Both the position numbers and the translations under genes were made by a program. The notes under the pieces were generated by a model. It worked only from the letters and a program-made list of their open reading frames with translations. It made no database searches and had not been told where the DNA came from. A stretch of 63,249 nt of DNA, filler included. It is 9 parts of 9 records of this genome, joined end to end, with 100 filler letters (N's around TTAATTAATTAA, not from the genome) between each part and the next. Parts side by side here need not be neighbours in the genome. Positions count along the whole stretch, not along the records: positions 45,692 to 51,201 come from SRR31156797_14040; positions 51,302 to 56,764 come from SRR31156797_14057; positions 56,865 to 63,249 come from SRR31156797_14058; 6 more parts are not named here. The stretch is one strand, 5' to 3'. This document shows, piece after piece, positions 49,715-59,546 of the stretch (its first letter is position 1; each line of letters begins with the position of its first letter).

Positions 49715-51201
49715 TTACATCAGGGCATTTCCGAAGGCTGGTTCCACTTCCAACAATGACGAATCATCCAGATTTTCATCTATTCCGGCCAAATATCTAG
49801 CCAAAGCTTTCTTATCTTCAAAATCGTAAGTGGCATTCAGAGAGATGGTTTCCATGATGGGTGAACCACCACCATGAACACCTGCGATCTTGTACCAGGA
49901 TGCCATGGGTGATGTGCCTATATCTTCAACGAATTTCCATATTTTTAGAGAAGTTTCGGGCGATATATCAGGATTTCTAACAATAAAGTCTCTCATATTT
50001 TCAACATGTTCCCCTTTTTCGAAATCCTCCGCAAAAGGCATCGTAGCCGCTATGCCGCCAGCCACTTCGGTTAATATGTTGTATTCGTGGTAGATAAGTT
50101 CCCCAGTCAATCTACGCCCAACATTGGCGTATATGGTGTTGGGAAAAAATACACCACTGGCAGTTTTTTCCCCAAATACAGCAGCTGCCACACCGGCAGC
50201 GTAGGCCAGCGTCGTAGCACCAGCGAATTCAGAAACTTTCTCTTTGATGTGAGACACTCCTGCAATATTATTTGCCTCAGCAGCCAGGAGTGTGGCGCCG
50301 CAAAGAATATCGGACACCGCAGGCTTACAGCCTGAGTAGCTAAAACGGTGCGAATCAGCAAAAAGCAACGCCAGTCTGCGGCCAAACTGCCATTCGCCGC
50401 ACATGAAAACCCGTTCCCAAGGTACGAAGACATTGTCAAAAATGACCACGGAATCAGATACTCCGTATTTACAGAATGGGGCTGACTTCGGCTCATCTTT
50501 TTCTCGCAGCCACACCGGCCTGGTGACCAGGCTCACCCCTTCGGCATCAGCTGGAACGGCAAAGGCCACGGCATATTTATGGTCCTCTTTCAGCAAAGCC
50601 CGCGTGGGTATCACCAAGAGCTCGTCAGCATAGGCAGCTTGCGTGATGGACATCTTGTAGCCGGCTACCACGATCCCATCTTTGCGTTCCTCCACCACAT
50701 GCACATATGCTTTTGGATTCTGTTGCCGGCTCGGCCTTTTTAGCCTGTCCCCCTTGCTGTCTGTTTGTGCGCAGCAACCGTCCCAATCATTGGCCTGATA
50801 CTCCTTGAGATATGCAATAAATCGCGGATGATAATCTGTCCCATTTGCCTCATCCATCTCTTTGGTGCATATGGCGATGGCGTTGATGGCATCTTGACCC
50901 ATACACCGTTGGATGCAGCCACCGGCCCGGCGTGCGCCAAGGCGGATCATCTTTTGCTTCTGGAGCAAATCGTGGGGATTCTGAGGAAGATGAGCCCAGC
51001 GATTGACGTCTTCATCTATAATCGATGATTTTGCGGTAAACAGATCCTTAAAACGAGGATCTTTTGGCAGGTCAAAGGTGATATCCAGCACATTAATGCC
51101 CGGCCGCAACCGGGGATCATCCCGCCCAACCGGCTCACCTCCGATAAATATGTTTGGGCGCATTTTAAAAAGCGCTTCATGGTATTGTTCTTTCGTTCTC
51201 A
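49715..51201 (-). CDS. 4-hydroxybutyryl-CoA dehydratase / HpaB family flavo-[4Fe-4S] protein
   Basis: (M)RTKEQY..LFKMRPNIFIGGE, GCIQRCMGQD, QTDSKGDR, FDNVFVPWERVFMCGE, HRFSYSGCK, HGGGSP; apparently only the first base of the ATG is lost. Confidence 0.88.
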
Positions 51202-51301
51202 NNNNNNNNNNNNNNNNNNNNNNNNNNNNNNNNNNNNNNNNNNNNTTAATTAATTAANNNNNNNNNNNNNNNNNNNNNNNNNNNNNNNNNNNNNNNNNNN
51301 N
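51202..51301. other. Artificial contig spacer
   Basis: N44-TTAATTAATTAA-N44. Confidence 0.98.
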
Positions 51302-52755
51302 AATTCCTCGTCCAGGGGATAGATGGGCCGGGGAATGGCCTGGTAGCGGAGGGCCTTCAGATCCTCGTTGCTGCTTCCCTCGCTCAGGGCCATGATGGAA
51401 CGCCTTGCCACAGCCCTCTGATCGGCTGTCAGGTAGCCCAGCTTACAGACGACTATCTGCCTGCCGGCGGGTTCGGCTCCCAGGTCCCGGAACATCTCAG
51501 GTGTAACGAATCCGATATGCTTCGCCGTAATCACCAGGTCCACGTTGCCCGCCCGGAACAGGACGAGGTCGCTCCTGTAGACGCCCCATTCCTTTACATA
51601 GGATCGAACAACGCCCTTCAGAACGGCGGGAGATGTGGTTCTGGTGTCAAAGGCCGCCCCTACCTTCAGCTCAAACGTCTCCCCTACCCTGCCGGCGCAG
51701 GCGGCGCAGGCTTGGGGATCGTAGATTCCGCCGTAAAGGACCGGCTCGGGAAGCTCCGCCGTGCGGGGATCGGCCAGGATCAGCTTCAGAAGATTAGTGC
51801 AGTCCGCCGAGGAACCGGCGGTGGGATTGTCGCCGGAGTCGGAAAGATAGACGGGAGTCGGTCCTTCGCCGGCAGCCTGAAAGGCCACATCCAGGGCCTC
51901 GGGAGACGCGTAGGTTTCGGTGTGGAAGCAAAACTGCTCCCGTCTGTTCCAGAACTCGCAGGCCAGGCGAACGGCCTCGCTCTGAGCCAGTTCGGCGTCT
52001 CCATCGGCCACCACGAGTACGGCCACCGAGCTGTCCGGGCTGTCGGCCCAGGGGAAACCCATCAGATAGCTGGCCGCCATGATACCGGGCTTTTCCTCGC
52101 TCTCCCGGAGCTTGGCGATCAGGGTTTTCATAGGCTCCGTGGTGGTCTCGGACTTTTCTCCGGCCACCAGAAAAGGTACTCTCACCCAGGCGGAGACGGC
52201 CTTCCGTCCCTTTTCCAGGGCATCAATACACATCCTTGCGGCATGCTCCCCCGTCTCGAAACAGTCGGTATGGGGAGCGCATTTATAGCCTACGTAACCG
52301 TCTGCGTATTTATGCATCCTCGCGGAAAAGGTCGTATGCATATCCAGGGAGGAGAAGAGGGGCAGATCGGGGAAGATCTCCCTCAGGGCCTCCAGCAAGT
52401 CCCCTTCGGCCTCGCCGATCTCCTCGATCCGCATGGAGCCGTGAAGGGACAGGCAGAGCGCATCGACAGGCGCCTCCGCAGCGGCGGCCTTCGCCCGCCT
52501 GAGGATCTCCCCTTTCAGTTCCAGATAGAGGGCCTTCGACACCACGCCGTTGGGAACGGCCCGGGCGCACACAGTGGGAAGCATGGTATAACCGGCGGCC
52601 TGCAGGGTCTTCACAACCCCGCTGATGCTGTCGTCGTCATTCAGGGCGCCGAAGAGTTCGTCCCCGTAGAGGATAGAAAAATCTTCCCGACCGGTGATGA
52701 TGGGATTAAAAGAGTTGGATTCGTGATGCAGACTCGCTGTCAGTATTCGTTTCAT
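51302..52755 (-). CDS. M81/MlrC-family metallohydrolase (3' end at contig edge)
   Basis: HESNSF, LSLHGSM, SLDMH, YKCAPHTD, GFPWADSP, DSGDNPTAG, RPIYPLD. Confidence 0.9.
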
Positions 52756-52814
52756 GGCAATATCCTGTAGTGTATTTGTGTAGATCCTTTAGTGTAATTC
52801 CCTTAAATGCGTTC

Positions 52815-53999
52815 TTATGAGCCCTCTTCGATAACATTGCTCAGCAGTGTATTCCAGTGCTTCTTCCCTCCGGACGAATGCCCCACCTGGGGTATGGCAA
52901 ACAGGGCGCTGTGCATGCAGGCCGCCGCGCCGCAGGCGGGATCGAAGGTTCCCTCGTCCACGACCTGCAGGGCACAGCCCTTCTCCTCCAGAGAGGACCA
53001 TCTGGATTTATAATCGTCTTCAAGCACCTCCCGGACCAGATCCTCGCTGCGGGAGAGATCCCCTCCTATGTAGAGGGCTCTGGGGTTCAGCACCTGAAGG
53101 ATAAGGATCATATTGCCCATCAGCTCCCGGATGATCTCCTTCCGGACGTCCTTGTCATAGAGGGCCCGGTCCATCTCCTCGGCGGACAGGGAGATCTGCC
53201 ACTCCAGGCTGCGGCCGGAGGAGTAGAGGATACTCTGATACTCACCGGCCTGATGGGAGATACCCGTATAAAGCTGCCCGTTCAATACAAGGCCCAGACC
53301 GATACCGATGGACGGCAGGGACTCGGGCAGCATCTGCCTCTTGTGGAAGCGGGAGAGGAGATAGACGAATGAGTCGGCCCCTCCCTCGGGACGGTTCCAG
53401 AGGATGTTCTGGGCACAGCAGTTGGCGTCGTTCTCCACCATAACGGGGAAGGGAAAATTCTTCTCCAGGAATTCCGAAAGATCGACATCCTTAAGCTTAT
53501 GGGTCCAGCACTCGACGACGAAACCCGACTCCCGGTCAACGATACCGGGAATGGCCAGTCCCATCCCCAGGATGGGGATGGCGTCGCTGAGGCAGGCTTT
53601 TACCTCTTCCACCGCATAGAGCAGGAGGCTGTGAAAGTCCCGGACTCCGGGAGAGTAATCTCTCCACAGATACTCCAGGACCTGCCCCTTCACATCGCAG
53701 ATCACCGCGCAGAAGTAGTCGACCTGCAGGTCCAGGCCTATCACATAACCGAAGCCGGAGATCAGGCGGACGGAGATGGGCTTTCTGCCGCTGCCGCTCT
53801 TCTTCGGAGAGTCGTCGCGGAACTCCTCTACCAGCCCCGCCTTGATCAGACGGCCGACGATATAGCTGACCGTTGAGGGCTGCAGCCCCAGCTCACCCGC
53901 CATCTGCTGCCGGGAAGCAGAGGAATGGGCCCGCAGATAGTTGAGTATCAGGGCTGAGTTGGCGGCTTTCTGAAAGAGGCTGTTCCCGACGATTTTCAA
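52815..53999 (-). CDS. ROK-family transcriptional regulator
   Basis: N-terminal wHTH (SRQQMAGELGLQPSTVS), GRKP, GLAIPGIVD, ENDANC, GIGLG...AGE. Confidence 0.9.
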   Translation of the reverse strand: MKIVGNSLFQKAANSALILNYLRAHSSASRQQMAGELGLQPSTVSYIVGRLIKAGLVEEFRDDSPKKSGSGRKPISVRLISGFGYVIGLDLQVDYFCAVICDVKGQVLEYLWRDYSPGVRDFHSLLLYAVEEVKACLSDAIPILGMGLAIPGIVDRESGFVVECWTHKLKDVDLSEFLEKNFPFPVMVENDANCCAQNILWNRPEGGADSFVYLLSRFHKRQMLPESLPSIGIGLGLVLNGQLYTGISHQAGEYQSILYSSGRSLEWQISLSAEEMDRALYDKDVRKEIIRELMGNMILILQVLNPRALYIGGDLSRSEDLVREVLEDDYKSRWSSLEEKGCALQVVDEGTFDPACGAAACMHSALFAIPQVGHSSGGKKHWNTLLSNVIEEGS

Positions 54000-54026
54000 A
54001 TGAGACTCCTGTGCGGCAGCAGGGGA

Positions 54027-54770
54027 TCAGCCCTTCAGCGTGTTCAGAGCCGCAGAGACTCTTCCCGCATTGGTATAGCTGTTCATAAACTCGGGTTTCC
54101 TCAGAAGCCCGCCCATATACACATGGTCGGGACAGTGCCTCATCACACTGCTCGTCTCCTGATCCAGGAAGATATGGTACTCCGAGGCTCCCGTTTTTTC
54201 GATCACCCTCTGCAGTTTGCGTTCCGTAATATCCCCTCCGGGCATGATGATGATCCTGCCGGCGGCTCTGGCAATTATATCACGGATCAGATCGGCTCCT
54301 TCAATAACCGTGGCCTCCTGGCCGGAGGTCAGGATGCGGTCGCATCCCAGCTCGATGATATCCTCCAGGGCGCGGTAGGGATCGGCGGTCACATCGAATG
54401 CGCGGTGAAAGGTCACGCTCATATGGCCGGCTTCCTTTACCAGAGCGGCGTTCCGCTCCTTATCCACAGTCCCGTCGGGATTGAGGATGCCGATGACGAC
54501 GCCGTCCGCACCGATCTCACGGCAGTAGCGGACGTCTGCCAGCATGACCTTGAATTCCGTGTCCGTATAGCAGAAGTCGCCGGGACGGGGACGGATGATC
54601 ACATGCAGTCCCAGCTTTACCGACTCCCGGGCCACCCTGATCGTACCGGCGCTGGGAGTGGTGCCTCCGCCGAAGAGATTCTCGCAGAGCTCTACCCTGT
54701 GGGCTCCGGCCTTGTCGGCAATGATGGCGGACTCGGCAGAGTCCAGGCAGACTTCAAGTTTATATTCCAT
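54027..54770 (-). CDS. cutC: CutC-family TIM-barrel protein (PF03932, 'copper homeostasis')
   Basis: LEVC, RVELC...GGTTPS, IRPRPGDFCY, TFHRAFD, RILTSGQ, IMPGG. Confidence 0.93.
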   Translation of the reverse strand: MEYKLEVCLDSAESAIIADKAGAHRVELCENLFGGGTTPSAGTIRVARESVKLGLHVIIRPRPGDFCYTDTEFKVMLADVRYCREIGADGVVIGILNPDGTVDKERNAALVKEAGHMSVTFHRAFDVTADPYRALEDIIELGCDRILTSGQEATVIEGADLIRDIIARAAGRIIIMPGGDITERKLQRVIEKTGASEYHIFLDQETSSVMRHCPDHVYMGGLLRKPEFMNSYTNAGRVSAALNTLKG

Positions 54771-54824
54771 GATGTGTTACTCCTTGTTCTCGCTCTCGGG
54801 CACTTGCCGGGGCAAGTCCCTTTG

Positions 54825-55664
54825 TCATTCCTTAAGGGCTCCCTCGCCGAAGCCCTTGATTATCATATTGTGCGCCCCGATGTAGAAAAGGATCATGGGC
54901 AGGGTTCCGATGGTCAATGCGGCGAACTGCATACCGTAGTCCTGATTAAGCCTTCCCGCAAAGGAGTTGATCGATACGGGCAGACTCCGCATATGATCCC
55001 CCGATGTCAGGATGAAAACCAGGACGAACTCATTCCAGTTTCTCAGGAAGGTGAGGATGGAGATGGTCGCCACGACGGGTGTGGAGAGGACCAGGATCAG
55101 CTTCCAGAAGATCTGCATATAGTCGGCGCCGTCGATGATGGCCGCCTCGATCAGGGAATCGGGAATCCCCTTGATGTAGGAACAGGCCAGCAGAACCGCC
55201 ATCGGCAGACCGAAGGTGATATAGGGCAGGATCACTCCCAGCCTCGTATTGTACAACCCGATCCGGGTCTCCATGATGAACAACGGCGCGATAACCGAGT
55301 TTACCGTAATCAGCAGTCCCAGGGTGAAGAAGGAGAAGTAGACTCCGGCGCTCTTATAACCGAACTTGGTCAGGGCGAATCCCGCCGCGATGGCGAGCAG
55401 CACCGTCAGCGCCGTAGCCGTAACGGAGTAGATGACGCTGTTGACCGAGGACATGGCCATATGCCCGATGTTCCAGGCCTGCACATAGTTCTGAACCGTC
55501 GGTTCCTTAGGCAGGGACAGGGGAAAGAGCATGATCTCCCCCTGCAGCTTAAAGGACGAGTAGAGCATCCAGAACAGGGGCAGCAGGGTGACCAGGGTAA
55601 AGAGGATGAGAAAGACCTGGGCGAAGAGCTTCCATCCTCTAGGTATTTCATTCAGGGTATCCAT
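54825..55664 (-). CDS. Carbohydrate ABC transporter permease (MalG-like)
   Basis: IPDSLIEAAIIDGA, NWNEF. Confidence 0.95.
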   Translation of the reverse strand: MDTLNEIPRGWKLFAQVFLILFTLVTLLPLFWMLYSSFKLQGEIMLFPLSLPKEPTVQNYVQAWNIGHMAMSSVNSVIYSVTATALTVLLAIAAGFALTKFGYKSAGVYFSFFTLGLLITVNSVIAPLFIMETRIGLYNTRLGVILPYITFGLPMAVLLACSYIKGIPDSLIEAAIIDGADYMQIFWKLILVLSTPVVATISILTFLRNWNEFVLVFILTSGDHMRSLPVSINSFAGRLNQDYGMQFAALTIGTLPMILFYIGAHNMIIKGFGEGALKE

Positions 55665-55672
55665 AACGGCTC

Positions 55673-56560
55673 CTAATCAAATTTTTTCTGATAGCGTCGG
55701 TAGAGCAGCTGACCGAGACTGATCAGGCCCACCGACAGAACGACGATCACCACCGACACAGCCGAGCCGAAGCCGTAGTTGTTGTAGGTGAAGGTATGCT
55801 TGTACAGATAGATGGACATCACATTGGTGTAGTCCACCGGTCCCCCTCCGGTCATGGCGAACACCAGGTCGAAGCTCTTGAGGCTTCCGGATATGGCGAA
55901 GATGGAGCTTGTGAAGATCACGTTGGCCAGGGCGGGCAGAACGATCCTCCAGAGGATCACCGACTCGCTGGCGCCGTCCATCTTGGCGGCCTCGATGGAG
56001 GACTTGGGAATCCTCTGCATATTGGCCAGAAACATGACCATATAGAGGCTGGTATGCATCCACAGCAGCACGAAGAGAATGGGAACCATCGCGAAATAGG
56101 GCGATTCGGAAATGGTCATGACATAGTCGGGATTTCCCGTTACATGCTTCATGAAATAGGTAAAGATCCCCACGGGAGAGAAGATCCTGTTCCAGAGAAG
56201 GGCCACCACCACCGAAGAGATGGTGATGGGCAGAAAGATCATCATTTCATAGAATTTGACGCCCCTGACGAACTTCCTGAACAGAACATAGGCCAGTACG
56301 ATCCCCAGGGGGATCTGTCCCAGCACGGAAATCAGCATGATCTGCAGGTTGTTCCACAGGGCCCTTAAGAATCCCGGATCGGAGAACATCTTGACATAGT
56401 TCCCCAATCCGATGAATCCCACCATCTGGAAGTTCTTCCATTTTGTCAGAGACAGAACGGAGCTCATTCCGATGGGAAAGACAATGATAGAAAGATAGAG
56501 CAGCAAAGCGGGCAGGAGAAGCAGATAATAACTTACTTTTTTATATGAACTTTCTACCAT
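55673..56560 (-). CDS. Carbohydrate ABC transporter permease (MalF-like)
   Basis: IPKSSIEAAKMDGA, FDLVFAMTGGGP. Confidence 0.95.
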   Translation of the reverse strand: MVESSYKKVSYYLLLLPALLLYLSIIVFPIGMSSVLSLTKWKNFQMVGFIGLGNYVKMFSDPGFLRALWNNLQIMLISVLGQIPLGIVLAYVLFRKFVRGVKFYEMMIFLPITISSVVVALLWNRIFSPVGIFTYFMKHVTGNPDYVMTISESPYFAMVPILFVLLWMHTSLYMVMFLANMQRIPKSSIEAAKMDGASESVILWRIVLPALANVIFTSSIFAISGSLKSFDLVFAMTGGGPVDYTNVMSIYLYKHTFTYNNYGFGSAVSVVIVVLSVGLISLGQLLYRRYQKKFD

Positions 56561-56572
56561 TGTTCTCTCTTC

Positions 56573-56764
56573 CTATTTCATCCGGTTGGAGTCGTTTTCG
56601 GCGACCCATGCTTCGTAGCGCGCGGCTACCTCGGCGGGGGTGATGTTACCGAACATCATGGCCTGGATATCGGGGTTCAGAAGTCCCATTCCCTCGCCGT
56701 CCATCTTGGCGTCGATCACGTAGCCCATGGGATGATCCTGCTGGAACTGGGCGTACTTCATCTG
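56573..56764 (-). CDS. ABC sugar-binding protein, C-terminal fragment
   Basis: IQAMMFGNITPAEVAA tail typical of sugar SBPs; position upstream of the permeases. Confidence 0.7.
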   Translation of the reverse strand, partial: QMKYAQFQQDHPMGYVIDAKMDGEGMGLLNPDIQAMMFGNITPAEVAARYEAWVAENDSNRMK

Positions 56765-56864
56765 NNNNNNNNNNNNNNNNNNNNNNNNNNNNNNNNNNNN
56801 NNNNNNNNTTAATTAATTAANNNNNNNNNNNNNNNNNNNNNNNNNNNNNNNNNNNNNNNNNNNN
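56765..56864. other. Artificial contig spacer
   Basis: N44-TTAATTAATTAA-N44. Confidence 0.98.
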
Positions 56865-56888
56865 AACAATCTTTTTCTAATTGAGACT

Positions 56889-56921
56889 GACCGTTTATCG
56901 AAAGATAAGCGGTCTTTTTTT
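56889..56921 (+). terminator. Intrinsic terminator
   Basis: GACCGTTTATC-GAAA-GATAAGCGGTC-TTTTTTT. Confidence 0.8.
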
Positions 56922-57612
56922 AGCAGTTAAGAATGTATCCAACCTTTACCACATTTTCAATGGATACAGAAGTATCTTCTGCAAAATATTTTCGAAGTTT
57001 GGAAATAAATACATCCAGGCTGCGACCCGCAAAATAATCATTCTCACCCCATATTTTTGTAAGTATATCTTCACGACGAACCACTTTCCCTTTTGTGCGA
57101 CACAATAACTGAAGCACCTCGGCCTCGCGTGTGGTTAACCGTTTAACAGAATCACCGATCTTTAATGACAAATTCTCAAAATCAAATTCATACCCGCCTA
57201 TTTTTGCAATCTTTTCCGGCTTTTCTACCATTCCAGAAATACGTTTACTAATAGCAGAGATTTTACACCAAAGTTCATCCTCATCAAATGGTTTAGTAAT
57301 GTAATCGTCGGCACCAATATCATAACCTTTAATCTTGTCCTCTTTCATGCCACGCGCAGTTAAAAATACAATCGGTATATTTTCGTTTAGCATGCGAATA
57401 TGTTTGGCCAGGGTAAAACCATCCATCTCGGGAAGCATTACATCAAACAAACAAAAGTTATAGTTTCCTTGCTTATAACCTTCCAATGCCGATTTACCAT
57501 CTCGATATAGTTTAACTTTTACGCCCCTTCCCTCAAGGTATTCAGACAGTAAAAATCCGAGGTTTAAATCATCTTCTACAAGAATTATGTTTAAGTGATT
57601 TTTTGTCATCAT
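56920..57612 (-). CDS. OmpR/PhoB-family response regulator (RprY-like)
   Basis: VEDD, FDVMLPEMDGF, FLTA, GADDYITKPF, GRSLDVFISKLRK winged helix. Confidence 0.95.
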   Translation of the reverse strand: MMTKNHLNIILVEDDLNLGFLLSEYLEGRGVKVKLYRDGKSALEGYKQGNYNFCLFDVMLPEMDGFTLAKHIRMLNENIPIVFLTARGMKEDKIKGYDIGADDYITKPFDEDELWCKISAISKRISGMVEKPEKIAKIGGYEFDFENLSLKIGDSVKRLTTREAEVLQLLCRTKGKVVRREDILTKIWGENDYFAGRSLDVFISKLRKYFAEDTSVSIENVVKVGYILNC

Positions 57613-58875
57613 TTAGTTTTTAACAAAGTTAAAATATAAAGTAAAAGTTGCCCCTTTACCTTCTTCACTTTTAACCTCTATACCACCCTCATGGGCAGCA
57701 ATAATTGTTTTTACATAGGCAAGACCAATGCCAAAGCCTTTCACATTGTGTACGTCTCCGGTTGGAACACGGTAATATTTATCAAATATATATTTCTGAT
57801 GCTTATGTGGAATCCCAATTCCATTGTCCTTCACTGTAACAACTATTCTGTCGGCTGTGTTTTTGGTTTCAACTTCAATCTCAGGTTTATCTTTTGAATA
57901 TTTAATAGCATTTGAAATAAGGTTAACAAAAACATTCGTTAAATGCAGCCGGTCTCCATTTATCATCTTGTTCTCTGCTCTGAAACTGGTTTTAACATGC
58001 CCCGTTTTTTCGGCTAAAATTACCTCAAATGTCGAAAATGCATCTTTAAGAACCAATTCAAGATCTAATCGCTCTTTCGAATACTCAAAGGCATTTCTTT
58101 CAACCGCTTCCAGCCGCAATAAGCTTTCAACCAAATGCTGAAGTTTTTTATTTTCGCGCGAAATTAACTGGGCATAATTCTCCAGTTTGCTTTCGTTAGC
58201 GTATCTTCTTTTTCGAATCATATTCGACGCTAATGCAATGGAAGACAGCGGCGTTTTAAATTCATGACTGACATTGTTTAAAAGTTCTTTAGTATATTCA
58301 GCAATCCGCAATTCCTGTTTGTACAGCCGCAATAAATAATAAAGAGAGAGAAGTAAAAGCAATATTAAGGCAATTGAAGCACTAAACATCAAACCGGTTT
58401 TCTGAAGCAAATATTTTGTTCTGCTCGGAAACTGAACCACAAGCTGATATCCGACTTTTCCTAAAAGGCACCCCATACATCGAGCATAATACTGCCCGGT
58501 TTTCTTTTTGCTTGCAGCTCCCTTTATTTTTTCCGAATTGTTCTCTAAAATCAAAAGCTCGTACTCCAGATCAACTCCATACGATTCCAATTCCTGATCT
58601 ATAGCACTGTGTATTTTAGTCCAAACCCCAGATTTTGTAAACTGTTCTTCCAACTTTATGGAATCGCAGGCCACACACTCTTTCATTGTACTACACAAGG
58701 GCTCATCTGCTCTCAAGTTAGAAATGCTCTCGTTCAATGCGAGTGTAACACTCTTTTCAAATACTTTTTCCTGAAATTTGATAGAGTACACGATCCACCT
58801 CACCTGCACAGCTATTAATAAAAAGGTGATGAGTAAAATAATTCCCGGAAAATATTTACGATATGAGCTTTTCAT
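57613..58875 (-). CDS. Sensor histidine kinase with Cys-rich periplasmic domain
   Basis: Two TMs, NVSHEFKTP H-box, NLISNAIKYS, DNGIGI, GFGIGL; periplasmic CSTMKECVAC and CMGC; ATG 58875. Confidence 0.93.
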   Translation of the reverse strand: MKSSYRKYFPGIILLITFLLIAVQVRWIVYSIKFQEKVFEKSVTLALNESISNLRADEPLCSTMKECVACDSIKLEEQFTKSGVWTKIHSAIDQELESYGVDLEYELLILENNSEKIKGAASKKKTGQYYARCMGCLLGKVGYQLVVQFPSRTKYLLQKTGLMFSASIALILLLLLSLYYLLRLYKQELRIAEYTKELLNNVSHEFKTPLSSIALASNMIRKRRYANESKLENYAQLISRENKKLQHLVESLLRLEAVERNAFEYSKERLDLELVLKDAFSTFEVILAEKTGHVKTSFRAENKMINGDRLHLTNVFVNLISNAIKYSKDKPEIEVETKNTADRIVVTVKDNGIGIPHKHQKYIFDKYYRVPTGDVHNVKGFGIGLAYVKTIIAAHEGGIEVKSEEGKGATFTLYFNFVKN

Positions 58876-58893
58876 TGTCTTGCAAAAACACCT

Positions 58894-58984
58894 CAAAAAT
58901 AAGGAAATACAATAGAATAGGTTTGCCTTAACCTCGCATTAACCTCACATTAACGTTGTTATTTCATTGAGAATAATATATTTG
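58894..58984. promoter_or_regulatory. Divergent Bacteroidetes promoters with three 11-bp-spaced TTAAC direct repeats
   Basis: TAnnTTTG boxes: minus strand TATTTTTG (58901-58894) and plus strand TATATTTG (58977-58984); TTAACCTCGCA-TTAACCTCACA-TTAAC at 58928-58954. Confidence 0.7.
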
Positions 58985-59098
58985 TAAACGACATTAAAAA
59001 CTCACAAAATCATTAAACGGGTTAAAAATGCGGATTGATCGTCTTTTTTTGTAAAACAATTCCATTTGATGCTTGTTAACGTTTAAAAATTAAATGAA

Positions 59099-59440
59099 AT
59101 GAAAAAATTATTATTCGTACTAGCCATGATTGTTGCTTACGGAGTAGCGATGGCAAACACTTCTACCAATGTTGCAATTACAAAAAAAACCGACGTAACA
59201 GTAACAGTTGACGACAACAGCACACTTGCTGGTGATCAGGAAGAAGAAAAGGATAAGAAAAAGAAAACAGAAAAGAAAGCTTGTTGCAGTGAAAAATCAG
59301 CAGAGAAAAAATCATGCTCGGGAGAAAAAGCTGCAAAAAAAACAGGATGTACTGATGCTCAAAAGAAAAGTTGTGCCGCCTCGGGAAAAACCTGTGGGGA
59401 TGCTGCTTCAAAAAAATGCTGTGGAGATAAAAAGAAATAA
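59099..59440 (+). CDS. Secreted Cys/Lys-rich small protein (metallothionein-like tail)
   Basis: Sec signal MKKLLFVLAMIVAYGVAMA; 8 Cys in the last ~52 aa in KKxC/CC units; own promoter and terminator. Confidence 0.8.
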   Translation: MKKLLFVLAMIVAYGVAMANTSTNVAITKKTDVTVTVDDNSTLAGDQEEEKDKKKKTEKKACCSEKSAEKKSCSGEKAAKKTGCTDAQKKSCAASGKTCGDAASKKCCGDKKK

Positions 59441-59458
59441 GAATCTATATTTTACAGG

Positions 59459-59485
59459 AAAAGGGTGCAGTAGCACCCTTTTTTT
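59459..59485 (+). terminator. Intrinsic terminator
   Basis: AAAAGGGTGC-agta-GCACCCTTTTTTT. Confidence 0.85.
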
Positions 59486-59546
59486 ATGTGCGTAGTTGCA
59501 CGAATGTCTTTGAATTTGTACTTTCCGTTTTCTAAAGATATAAAGT

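Noticed and set aside
51517-55676. 417-aa and 558-aa plus-strand ORFs
   Set aside because: Antisense shadows of the M81, cutC and permease genes in GC-rich DNA
54027-59440. A copper island combining cutC with the Cys-rich sensor and peptide
   Set aside because: The genes lie on different contigs from different organisms, separated by the spacer at 56765-56864
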